The notes beneath the pieces were generated by a model. It was not told the origin of the DNA and ran no database searches. It was given only the letters and a program-made list of their open reading frames with translations. This document shows, one piece after another, positions 46,879 through 55,850 of a stretch of 64,000 nucleotides of DNA (the stretch's first letter is position 1; each line of letters starts with the position of its first letter). Source of the stretch: Alphaproteobacteria bacterium (GTDB lineage Bacteria; Pseudomonadota; Alphaproteobacteria; SP197); contig OZ245842.1 of NCBI GenBank assembly GCA_965228895.1, forward strand, positions 5,344,001 to 5,408,000, written 5' to 3'. The position numbers were made by a program, and so were the translations under genes.

Positions 46879-47913
46879 TTAGGCGCTCCGGCGCCTCAGG
46901 TGATGGGCGACGAAGAGCGCGAGCATCAGCACGATCATGGCGCCCGCTTGATGCAGCGCGCCCAGCCAGACCGGCACGAACATCAGTAGCGTCGCGATAC
47001 CCAGGCCGGCCTGAACCAACGCCGTCATCGCCAAGAGGCCAATCGCGCTGAGCGATCCCATGGACGCGCGGAAGCGGTGCGACCACAGCGCAAAGGCAAT
47101 CACGGCAATGACCGAGATGATCGCGAGCAGGCGATGGTTGAACTGGACGGCGGCGATGTTGTCGAACGGGTTCAGCCACCACGGCTCGTCAGCCCAGTAG
47201 GCTTCGGGGATGAGCTGGCCGTCCATCAAGGGGAAGGTGTTATAGGACCGCCCGGCGTCGAGCCCGGCGACGAAGGCGCCCGACAGCATGGTGAGACCGA
47301 TCAGCGCGATCAGCCACCAGGCTGTCTTGCGCAGCCGGTCGATGCCGGTTTCCGCGTGACCATAGACCGGCGCCATCACAAGTCTCAACGCCTGGGATAC
47401 GATGAGTGCGTAAATGATAACCGCCAGACCCAGATGCATGGCCAGGCGGTACTGGCTGACATAGGGCCGATCGACCAGACCGCTGGCCACCATGTACCAG
47501 CCGACCGCGCCCTGCAGCGCGCCGAGCAGAAAGATGAAACCCAGATTGACCGCGTGGCGGCGATCCAACCGGCCGCGCGCCAGGAACCAGACGAAGGGCA
47601 CAAAGAACGCCACGCCGATGATACGGCCCAACAGGCGGTGGGAATACTCAAACCAGAAGATCGTCTTGAAACCGTCGAGCGTCATGGCGAAGTTGATCTT
47701 CTGATACTCCGGCGTCGCCTGATACTTCGCGAACTCCGCCTGCCAGGATTCCAGGTTCAGCGGCGGCAACCAGCCGGTGACCGGGCGCCAGTCGGTCATG
47801 CTGAGACCTGACTCGGTCAGCCGCGTGACGCCGCCCAACACGACCATGGCAAAGATCAGGGCGGCAACGCCAAACAGCCAGGCAGCGACGGCTTTCTTGT
47901 CGCTTTCTGTCAT
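46879..47913 (-). CDS. ctaA: Heme A synthase (COX15/CtaA type 2)
   Basis: GGVTRLTESGLSMTDW, EYSHRLLGR, GWYMVASG, RLAMHL, QFNHR, LHQAGA. Confidence 0.95.
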   Translation of the reverse strand: MTESDKKAVAAWLFGVAALIFAMVVLGGVTRLTESGLSMTDWRPVTGWLPPLNLESWQAEFAKYQATPEYQKINFAMTLDGFKTIFWFEYSHRLLGRIIGVAFFVPFVWFLARGRLDRRHAVNLGFIFLLGALQGAVGWYMVASGLVDRPYVSQYRLAMHLGLAVIIYALIVSQALRLVMAPVYGHAETGIDRLRKTAWWLIALIGLTMLSGAFVAGLDAGRSYNTFPLMDGQLIPEAYWADEPWWLNPFDNIAAVQFNHRLLAIISVIAVIAFALWSHRFRASMGSLSAIGLLAMTALVQAGLGIATLLMFVPVWLGALHQAGAMIVLMLALFVAHHLRRRSA

Positions 47914-49082
47914 ACGATGGCGGCCTCGCGAAACGGTTCGCCGTTCTTGACACGGGCACAGCCGAGACGGGTGAGATCCAGGCTGACATAACCGCCATCC
48001 AGGACCAGTTCGGCGATCGCGCGCCCGGCCGCCGGTGCCTGTTGCAGCCCGTGACCGGAAAAGCCACAGAGTACGTAGAGGTTGGCGGGACCGTCGGGCC
48101 ACGGTCCGATGATCATATTCTCGTCCAGCCGGTTGACGTCATAGAGGCCCGACCACGCGTTGATCACCTTCAGCGCCTCGAAGGGCGGACAGCGTTCGGC
48201 CATGGCGGGCCAGATCTCGGTCTCGAACCAGTCGTGGTCAACCTCGAAGTTCTCGCCGGTCGGTTCTGCCGGGTTGGCCTTGCCGCAGATGTAACCGCGT
48301 CCTTCGGGGCGGAAATAGAACCCGGTCATATCGATCAGCAGCGGCAGCGGTTCCAGTTCCTCGCGGATTTCGAAATAGAACACCATGCGGCGCACCGGAT
48401 CGACCGGCACATCGACACCGGCGGGCCGCAACAGGGCCGCCGACCAAGCGCCGGCCGAACACACGATGTGGTCGCCGTCGATTCTGCTGCCGTCTGCCAG
48501 CACGACACCTGTCGCGCGACCATCGGCGATCGCAATCGCTTCGACGTCGCCGGTGATGTGGCTGGCGCCCAAGATGCCCGCCTTTTTGCGGAAACCCTGC
48601 AGAATGGCATGGGGGTCCATCCAGCCGTCCTCCGGACCGAACGAGCCCAGGGCCACGTCGTCGACAAGGAGCGACGGAAAGCGCTGCCTAATGGCGTCGG
48701 GGGCCAAGAGTTCGTTCTTGGCGCCGAGTTCACGCTGCAGCTTGTTGACGGCAACCGCGGTCTCACGGCTTTGTTCGCCGATCAGAAAGAGATAGCCCTG
48801 CTGGCGCAGGCTGACGTCCGGTTTGTCGCCGTCGATTGCCATGTGGTCGCCGAACGCCTGATAGAACGCCAGGCCGTACTGCGACATCTCGACATTTTCG
48901 GCGATGGAGAACTGCTGGCGCACGCCGCCGGCCGAGCGCGGCGTCGACGCGTGGGTATAGGTGGGATCGCGTTCGATGACGGCGACCTTCAGGTCGGGCG
49001 CGCGCATCATCAGGTGCCAGGCGCTGCTGCATCCCATGACTCCGCCGCCGACAATGACCACGTCGAATCGATCGTCTGCCAT
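47910..49082 (-). CDS. FAD-dependent oxidoreductase (DAO / FOXRED1-like)
   Basis: VGGGVMG, ERDPTY..STPRSAGGVRQQFS..EN, GFSGHGLQQAPA.GR. Confidence 0.88.
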   Translation of the reverse strand: MADDRFDVVIVGGGVMGCSSAWHLMMRAPDLKVAVIERDPTYTHASTPRSAGGVRQQFSIAENVEMSQYGLAFYQAFGDHMAIDGDKPDVSLRQQGYLFLIGEQSRETAVAVNKLQRELGAKNELLAPDAIRQRFPSLLVDDVALGSFGPEDGWMDPHAILQGFRKKAGILGASHITGDVEAIAIADGRATGVVLADGSRIDGDHIVCSAGAWSAALLRPAGVDVPVDPVRRMVFYFEIREELEPLPLLIDMTGFYFRPEGRGYICGKANPAEPTGENFEVDHDWFETEIWPAMAERCPPFEALKVINAWSGLYDVNRLDENMIIGPWPDGPANLYVLCGFSGHGLQQAPAAGRAIAELVLDGGYVSLDLTRLGCARVKNGEPFREAAIV

Positions 49083-50467
49083 CAGCCGCTGATCTCGCCG
49101 AGCCGTTGTTCGATGAACTGGCGTTCCCGGCTGCCTTCATCCAATTGGTCGCGCAGCGTCGTCCATAAGGTAACGGCACGCTCCGTGTCGCCGGCCTGGG
49201 TCGCGGCGAGGCCGGAATAGTAGAGAGCCTGTTCATTCATCGGATTGATCGATAACACGGTCGCGAAGTCCTCGACAGCCTGCTCCGGCAGGGCGCCGTC
49301 CTGGGGCAGGCTGCCGGAAACCGTGTTGGCGAAACCGTCGGCGACCGTCGTGCTGTTCGGTGCCAGGTCGAGCGCCTGCAGATAGGCTTCGCGTGAGAGC
49401 TCCCACTCGCCGAGGATGGCGTAGGACTGCGCCAGCCGCATCCAGCCTTCAAGATCATCCGGTTCGTCCTGAAGGCGTGCGGCAAGACCGTCGACCATGT
49501 CGCGGATCATCGCCATCTGCTCATCCGCGGGTAGGCTGGTAATGGCGTCGACATCCTCCTGTGTGGGGCCGGAGGATTGGCCTTGCGCAAGCGCTTCGGC
49601 CGGATCGATTCCCAGTTCGGTCGCGGCGCGCGCAATTTGTTCGGTCACCATGGGCTCCCAGGGCGCGCCGGGCGGTGAGTCGGACAAGAGTGCCTGCCAA
49701 TCGGCCATGGCACCGGCGATATCGCCGTCCTGGGCGCGCGCCAACGCCAGATAGAAACGCGCCACCGGCTGGAAGGGATCGGCGGCGATCGCCGCGCGGA
49801 AGGCGTCAGCCGCTTCGTTGCTCACGGTGCCGCCTGAACCGAGAACAAGAAATTCGCCCAACAGCGACTGGCGTTCGGCGTTTTGAGGGTCCAGCGCGGC
49901 TGCCCGGCCCATAGCCTCAGCCGCTTGTCCGTATTGCTCCAGAAGCGCGTAGGCGCCGGCCAGTGTCGCCCAGTTCTCCGCATTCTCCGGCTCGTCAGCC
50001 AAGGTCTGCTCAAAACGCACGATCATGCGGCGGACATCGCCAAAGGTCGGGCCGCCGTCGAACACCGGCCGGTCATCGGCCCAGCGTTCGGCCATCGGCT
50101 GGTCAGGCATGCCGGGCGAGCCGTACCACCCGTAGAGTGCAACGGCGGCAAGCGGCACGACGACGACCAGCGCGACAGCGGTCAGGCGCGCGCCCTTGGT
50201 CGTCTTGGCGCCATCTGAGGTATCGGTCTCGGGTTTAAGAGTCAGAATTCGCCGCTCGATTTCCTGTCTTGCCGTGGCGGCCTCGCGATCATTCATCACG
50301 CCGCGCGCGACATCACGCTCAAGCTCGTCGAGCTGATCGCGATAGACCTCCAGGCTGTGGCGATCGCGGTTGCCCTCGGCAGGGGGCCGGCGCAACAACG
50401 GGACCAGCAACAGTGCCAGAACCGCGAGCGTGACCGCCGCCAGAACCAGGATGACAACCCACGACAT
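49082..50467 (-). CDS. ccmI: Cytochrome c biogenesis TPR protein CcmI/CycH
   Basis: VYRDQLDELERDVARG..EIERR, LYGWYGSPGMPDQP, TPR repeats. Confidence 0.92.
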   Translation of the reverse strand: MSWVVILVLAAVTLAVLALLLVPLLRRPPAEGNRDRHSLEVYRDQLDELERDVARGVMNDREAATARQEIERRILTLKPETDTSDGAKTTKGARLTAVALVVVVPLAAVALYGWYGSPGMPDQPMAERWADDRPVFDGGPTFGDVRRMIVRFEQTLADEPENAENWATLAGAYALLEQYGQAAEAMGRAAALDPQNAERQSLLGEFLVLGSGGTVSNEAADAFRAAIAADPFQPVARFYLALARAQDGDIAGAMADWQALLSDSPPGAPWEPMVTEQIARAATELGIDPAEALAQGQSSGPTQEDVDAITSLPADEQMAMIRDMVDGLAARLQDEPDDLEGWMRLAQSYAILGEWELSREAYLQALDLAPNSTTVADGFANTVSGSLPQDGALPEQAVEDFATVLSINPMNEQALYYSGLAATQAGDTERAVTLWTTLRDQLDEGSRERQFIEQRLGEISG

Positions 50468-50469
50468 GG

Positions 50470-50949
50470 CTACTCGCTGTTGCGCATCAAAAGGTCGAGG
50501 CGGGCGCGCTCTTCATCGCTCAGCGGCGCCGGCGGTGGTTGTTTGGTCATCCGATGACGGCGGACGACCGAGACCAGCAGACCGATCGCGATCGCCAGGA
50601 CAATGAAGGGGCCCAGCCACAGCAGCCATGTCGCCGTACGGAAGGGCGGACGCAGCAGCACGTAGTCGCCATAGCGGTCGACGACATAGTCAATGACCTC
50701 GTCGTCGCTGTCGCCGGCCAGCAGGCGGTCGCGCACCAGGATACGCAGGTCGCGCGCCAGGGGGGCGTTCGAATCGTCGATCGACTGGTTCTGGCACACC
50801 AGACAGCGCAGTTCCAAGGTGATGGCGCGTGCGCGCTCTTCCAGCGCCGGGTCGTCCAGTATCTCATCCGGCTGCACGGCGCTGGCTGAGGGCGCCAGGA
50901 TCAAAACCATGGCAAAGGCCAGCAGGAGTTTTCGAAGCGAAACCGTCAT
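50470..50949 (-). CDS. ccmH: Cytochrome c biogenesis protein CcmH/CycL
   Basis: LRCLVCQNQSIDDS, RYGDYVLLRP. Confidence 0.95.
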   Translation of the reverse strand: MTVSLRKLLLAFAMVLILAPSASAVQPDEILDDPALEERARAITLELRCLVCQNQSIDDSNAPLARDLRILVRDRLLAGDSDDEVIDYVVDRYGDYVLLRPPFRTATWLLWLGPFIVLAIAIGLLVSVVRRHRMTKQPPPAPLSDEERARLDLLMRNSE

Positions 50950-52928
50950 GCCGGCTGGGCCGCCATCGCCTTGCGGCGGGCCGGTGCGCCGACCCGGTGA
51001 CGCCGGTCGGTCAGGCTGATAAGACCGCCGAACACCATGAAGATCGTCCCGCCCCAGATCCATGGCACCAGCGGGTTATGATAGAGGCGGACGGCGAAGG
51101 CGCCGGGATTGCTGGCGATGGGATCGCCGATCACCGCGTAGAGATCGGCAATGAACGTAGTGCGGATCGCGGCCTCCGTCGTCTGCATGCCTTGCACCGG
51201 ATAGAACCGCTTCTCCGGCGTCAGCGTGCCGAGCACCTCGCCCGAATGGGAGACCGTGAAGGTCGCGCGTTCGGCCAGATAGTTCGGGCCTGGGACATCG
51301 GCGACACCGTCCAGGGTGAAGCTGTATCCGGCGACGTCCTGGGTTTCGCCCGGCTTCATCGCGACGATGAGCTCGCTCTGCCAGGCGGTCGAGGCGGTGA
51401 CGCCGGCGACAAAGACCGCCAGGCCCAGATGGGAGAGCGTCATGCCATAGGCGGCCCGCGGCAGGTTGACGGCGCGGCGCCAGCTTTCGCTCGCCGTCAC
51501 CCGGCCGATACCGATACGTCCGGCGAACTCGACCAGAACGGCGCCGGCAAGCCAGACCGAAAGCGCGATGCCGAAGGCGGGCAAGGGCGAGGTATCGGTC
51601 ATCCACCACCATAAGGCTGCCCATGCGGCCAGTGCGATGACGGCGACGAACTTGAGCCGCGCCAGCACGCCCTTCAGGTCGCCGCGCTTCCAGGCCAGCA
51701 ACGGCCCGACCGCCGTCGCGATGATCAGCGGCACCATCAGCGGGATAAAGGTGATCTCAAAATACGGCGGGCCGACGCTCACCGTGCCGCCGCCCAGCGT
51801 AGCCAGGAACAGCGGATAGAGCGTGCCCAGAAAAACCGTGAAGCAGGCGGTCGCCAGCAGCAGATTGTTCAGGATCAGCGCGCCCTCGCGGCTGATCGGC
51901 GCGAACAGGCCTTCGGACTTCAGGCTTGGCGCGCGCCAAGCATAAAGGGCAAGAGAACCGCCGATCGCGATGACCAGCAGCGCAAGGATATAGACACCGC
52001 GCGCGGGGTCGGTGGCGAAAGCGTGCACGCTGGTCAGGACGCCGGAGCGCACCAGGAAGGTGCCGAGGAGCGACAGCGAAAAGGCGACAATGGCGAGCAA
52101 AATGGTCCAGCTTTTCAGCGCGTTGCGCTTCTCGCAGACAATCGCCGAATGCAGCAGCGCGGTGCCGGCGAGCCACGGCATGAAGGACGCGTTCTCCACG
52201 GGGTCCCAGAACCACCAGCCGCCCCAGCCGAGTTCGTAATAGGCCCACCAACTGCCCAAAGCGATGCCCAGGGTGAGCGTCGTCCACGCGGCGAGCGTCC
52301 AGGGCCTAACCCATCGCGCCCATGCCGCGTCGACGCGGCCTTCCAGGAGCGCGGCGACGGCGAAGGAAAACGCCATCGAAAAACCGACATAGCCCAAATA
52401 GAGGAACGGTGGATGGAAGGCCAGGCCCGGGTCTTGCAGCAGCGGGTTCAGGTCGCGGCCGTCAAGCGGGACAGGGTCCATGCGCAGGAACGGGTTCGAC
52501 GTGAAGATGGAGAATGACAGGAAACCGACGGCAATCATCGCCTGAACCGCGAGCACGCGGGCCCGAAGCGTCGCCGGCAGGTTGCCGCCGAAAAACACCA
52601 CCGCCAGACCGAACAGCGCCAGGATCAGGACCCACAGCACCAGCGAACCTTCGTGGTTTCCCCAGACGCCCGTCACCTTGTAGAGCATGGGTTTGAGCGA
52701 GTGGGAGTTCTCATAGACGTTAGCGACGGAAAAGTCGGACGTCACATAGGCGTAGGTCAGCGCCATGAAGGCGATGGCGATCAGCGTGAACTGAATCATC
52801 GCCGCCCACGACCCCAGACCCATCCAGCCAATGTTGCCGCGCTGCGCGCCGATCAGCGGCAGGCTCGCCTGCACGACCGCGACGACCAGGGCCATGACCA
52901 AACAGAAGTGACCGATTTCGGCAATCAC
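50946..52928 (-). CDS. ccmF: Heme lyase CcmF
   Basis: WGNHEGS, HPPFLYLGY, WGGWWFWDPVENAS, SVHAFA. Confidence 0.98.
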   Translation of the reverse strand: MIAEIGHFCLVMALVVAVVQASLPLIGAQRGNIGWMGLGSWAAMIQFTLIAIAFMALTYAYVTSDFSVANVYENSHSLKPMLYKVTGVWGNHEGSLVLWVLILALFGLAVVFFGGNLPATLRARVLAVQAMIAVGFLSFSIFTSNPFLRMDPVPLDGRDLNPLLQDPGLAFHPPFLYLGYVGFSMAFSFAVAALLEGRVDAAWARWVRPWTLAAWTTLTLGIALGSWWAYYELGWGGWWFWDPVENASFMPWLAGTALLHSAIVCEKRNALKSWTILLAIVAFSLSLLGTFLVRSGVLTSVHAFATDPARGVYILALLVIAIGGSLALYAWRAPSLKSEGLFAPISREGALILNNLLLATACFTVFLGTLYPLFLATLGGGTVSVGPPYFEITFIPLMVPLIIATAVGPLLAWKRGDLKGVLARLKFVAVIALAAWAALWWWMTDTSPLPAFGIALSVWLAGAVLVEFAGRIGIGRVTASESWRRAVNLPRAAYGMTLSHLGLAVFVAGVTASTAWQSELIVAMKPGETQDVAGYSFTLDGVADVPGPNYLAERATFTVSHSGEVLGTLTPEKRFYPVQGMQTTEAAIRTTFIADLYAVIGDPIASNPGAFAVRLYHNPLVPWIWGGTIFMVFGGLISLTDRRHRVGAPARRKAMAAQPA

Positions 52929-53377
52929 GGCGATCCGTCCTCCGCATGTTGCCAGAAACCCTGTTCCTTCAGCGCGTCGGCAACCTCTTTCGGCATGTAG
53001 TTTTCGTCGTGTTTCGCGAGAACTTCGCTGGCGATGAACATGCCCTCTTCGCCATGCGCTCCCGTCACGATGATGCCCTGGCCTTCGCGAAACAAGTCCG
53101 GCAGGACGCCGGTATAGCTAACGGCGATCACCGCGCCGCCATCGGTAATGGCAAATTCGGTGGTCACGCCGTCGTCGGCCTGTACGACGCTGCCACCTTC
53201 GACCAGGCCACCCAGGCGGACCCGCGTGCCGGTATCGAGATCGGCGTCGACCAGGTCGGAAGGGCTATAGAAGTTATCGACCTTGTCGGAAAACGCGAGC
53301 AGGCCCAGGGCCACGGCACCGGCCAGGCACACGAAGCCGCCCGCCACCAGGATCATCCGCCGTTGCTTGCGTTTCAC
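52925..53377 (-). CDS. ccmE: Heme chaperone CcmE
   Basis: RLGGLV, PDLFREGQG, LAKHDENYMP. Confidence 0.96.
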   Translation of the reverse strand: MKRKQRRMILVAGGFVCLAGAVALGLLAFSDKVDNFYSPSDLVDADLDTGTRVRLGGLVEGGSVVQADDGVTTEFAITDGGAVIAVSYTGVLPDLFREGQGIIVTGAHGEEGMFIASEVLAKHDENYMPKEVADALKEQGFWQHAEDGSP

Positions 53378-53526
53378 CGCTCGTTCTCTCCGGTCCGTTC
53401 TTGTTCCAGGCGCGCCAGTTCGGCGCGGCGTCGGCGCAGGCTGGTCAAGCTGGCGACAAGCAAGCCGATCAGGATCACCGCGGCGACGCCATAGGCCGGC
53501 CAGATAAAAACGGCATGTTCGCCCAT
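53374..53526 (-). CDS. ccmD: Heme exporter protein CcmD (50 aa, absent from the ORF track)
   Basis: Hand translation MGEHAVFIWPAYGVAAVILIGLLVASLTSLRRRRAELARLE..; TGA overlaps the ccmE GTG. Confidence 0.88.
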   Translation of the reverse strand: MGEHAVFIWPAYGVAAVILIGLLVASLTSLRRRRAELARLEQERTGENER

Positions 53527-53639
53527 GGCGACCAATCCCTGCCTTTTCCGCTCAGTCAGTCTTTACCAGATCAACCAATCCCGCCGGCCTCACGGTGTCG
53601 CGAGCCGCGCGTTTGATATAGGGCGCAAGACGGTGGCGC

Positions 53640-54374
53640 TCAACTGGTTCCGGCACGCGCGCGTTGTAACACTTCGATGCGCCGGGCCAGCAGTTCCGCG
53701 CGAATGCGGATCAACAGCAAGACAACGTAAAGCGCCGTGAACCCGACCGCCATGACCAGAAGCGGCGTCAGCATGCTCGAATGGATGGTCGGGCCATCCA
53801 GGCGGAACACGCTCGCCGGTTGGTGCAGGGTGTTCCACCAGTCGACGGAAAACTTGATAATCGGCAGGTTGACGGCGCCGACGATGGCCAGAATCGCCGC
53901 CGCCCGACCGCCGCGCTGGCTGTCGTCGAAGGCGTGGCTGAGCGCTATGTAGCCGAGATAGAAGAAAAACAGGATGAGGACCGAGGTCAGCCGGGCATCC
54001 CATTCCCACCAGGTGCCCCAGGTCGGTATGCCCCACAGGCTGCCGGTGATCAGCGCGATGGCGGTGAAGCTGGCGCCGATCGGTGCTGAGGCACGCGCCG
54101 CAAGGTCGGCGAGCTGGTGTTTCCAGATCAGGAACGAGGCTGAAAACAACGCCATCACGGCATAACACAACATCGCCATCCAGGCCGCCGGCACGTGGAT
54201 ATACATGATCCGGACGCTCTCGCCCTGCTGGTAGTCGGCGGGCGAAGCGATCAGAGCGCCATAGAGGCCATAGCCGATGCAGGCCACAGCGATGACCACC
54301 GCAAACGGCAGAATCCGGGCGCTCAGGCGCTGGAACCGCGCGGGACTGGCGAGCAGGTGAAGTGGGTTGGCCAC
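53640..54374 (-). CDS. ccmC: Heme exporter CcmC
   Basis: YIHVPAAW, WGIPTWGTWWEWDARLT, WWNTLHQ. Confidence 0.97.
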   Translation of the reverse strand: MANPLHLLASPARFQRLSARILPFAVVIAVACIGYGLYGALIASPADYQQGESVRIMYIHVPAAWMAMLCYAVMALFSASFLIWKHQLADLAARASAPIGASFTAIALITGSLWGIPTWGTWWEWDARLTSVLILFFFYLGYIALSHAFDDSQRGGRAAAILAIVGAVNLPIIKFSVDWWNTLHQPASVFRLDGPTIHSSMLTPLLVMAVGFTALYVVLLLIRIRAELLARRIEVLQRARAGTS

Positions 54375-54435
54375 GGGTTTCTATGTTCCGCTCGAAAATG
54401 GCGACATCGTGTTCCTCGCGCCCATATACCAGTTC

Positions 54436-55101
54436 CTATTCCAGGGCCAAGCGTAACGCGGCAGCCGTCGCGAACGGCGTCAGCGGTATGGCGGCTAGAA
54501 GAAAGGCGCCGAGGATCAAGAGCGGCGGTCCAGCGTCCAGACCGAAGATGGTCGCTTCGATGGCGCTGGAACCAAAGATCAGGATGGGAATGAACAACGG
54601 CAGCACGATCAGGCTGGACAGCACCCCGCCGCGCCGCGCGCCCAGGGTCAACGCCGCCCCGATCGCGCCGATCAGGCTAAGCGTCGGCGTGCCCAACGCC
54701 ATTGCGGCGATCAGCACGGGCCAGGTCTCGATCTCCAACTGCATCATCAGCGCCAGGAACGGCGCGGCGATGGTGAGCGGCAGGCCGGTGCTGAGCCAGT
54801 GCGCCAGCGCCTTGGCGAGCACCGTCATTTCCAGCGGCATGGGTGCCAAGGCCATGAGGTCGAGGGATCCGTCCTCGTGATCGGCACGGAACAGGCGGTC
54901 GAGCGAGAGCGTCGCGGCGAGCAACGCGGCGACCCACAGGACACCCGGCGCGATGCGCGCCAGGACTTCCCGTTCCGGACCAATGCCGAGCGGAAAGAGC
55001 GCGACGGCGATCAGGAAGAACATGATGGTGAGGAGGGCCTCGCCGCCGCGTCGGAAGGCGAGACTGACATCGCGGACGATGATGGCGGTGAAAGCGTTCA
55101 T
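54436..55101 (-). CDS. ccmB: Heme exporter permease CcmB
   Basis: LFPLGIGP, DHEDGSLD, KALAHW, LPLFIPILIFG. Confidence 0.96.
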   Translation of the reverse strand: MNAFTAIIVRDVSLAFRRGGEALLTIMFFLIAVALFPLGIGPEREVLARIAPGVLWVAALLAATLSLDRLFRADHEDGSLDLMALAPMPLEMTVLAKALAHWLSTGLPLTIAAPFLALMMQLEIETWPVLIAAMALGTPTLSLIGAIGAALTLGARRGGVLSSLIVLPLFIPILIFGSSAIEATIFGLDAGPPLLILGAFLLAAIPLTPFATAAALRLALE

Positions 55102-55739
55102 GGCGACTCGCCCAGATCCAGATGGCGCGCGCCGGGCGCGTCGAAAGCATCATGTGTCGCGGCAATCACCATACCGCCGGCCTCGCGGTGGTCGGCGACC
55201 ATGCGCGACAGGCGCGTCACCGAGTCGGCGTCCAAGGTCACGGTCGGTTCGTCCAACAGCCACACCTGGCCAGGACAAGCGGCAAGCCGCGCCAGCGCCA
55301 GGCGCCTCCGCTGGCCCGCCGAGAGCATGAGGGCCGGCAAGTCAGCCAGGCGTTCCAACCCCATGGCGGTCAGGCCGCGCGCCGTTGCGTCGCGGGGCGT
55401 GCCGTCATAGAGCCGGGTCCAGAAGGCGAGGTTCTGCTCGACCGTCAGCATCGGCTTCACCGCGTTGTCATGGGCCAGCAACCGCACGGCGCTGCGCCAG
55501 GCTTCGCGGTCTTTCTCGATCGGCTCACCGCGCCACACGATATCCCCGCCCGTCGCCGGTAAATGGCCGGCCACAAGGCGCAGCAAGGACGTCTTGCCGC
55601 TGCCGTTGGGGCCGCGCAGGATCAGCGCATCGCCGGGCGCCAAATCGAACGAGAGCCCTGAAAACAGCAGGCGTCCGCCACGTTCGCAGACGAGATTGCG
55701 GGCCGAAAGGCCCGCATTGGGAATATGACTGTCGCTCAT
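55098..55739 (-). CDS. ccmA: Heme exporter ATP-binding protein CcmA
   Basis: GPNGSGKT, LSAGQRRRLALARL, WLLDEP. Confidence 0.95.
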   Translation of the reverse strand: MSDSHIPNAGLSARNLVCERGGRLLFSGLSFDLAPGDALILRGPNGSGKTSLLRLVAGHLPATGGDIVWRGEPIEKDREAWRSAVRLLAHDNAVKPMLTVEQNLAFWTRLYDGTPRDATARGLTAMGLERLADLPALMLSAGQRRRLALARLAACPGQVWLLDEPTVTLDADSVTRLSRMVADHREAGGMVIAATHDAFDAPGARHLDLGESP

Positions 55740-55778
55740 TATCGGCGCACTCTACAGCCGCCAATCTGGCCGCGTAAG

Positions 55779-55822
55779 TTTTCAAGACGGCCCTTGAAAA
55801 GAAAGAGATTGCTTTATAAACT
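55779..55822 (+). promoter_or_regulatory. Putative promoter with overlapping inverted repeat
   Basis: ttttcaag-N6-cttgaaaa IR (55779-55800); TTGAAA-N17-TAAACT. Confidence 0.45.
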
Positions 55823-55850
55823 CGGTGGCTCAGCCTGGAGGATGCGAACG

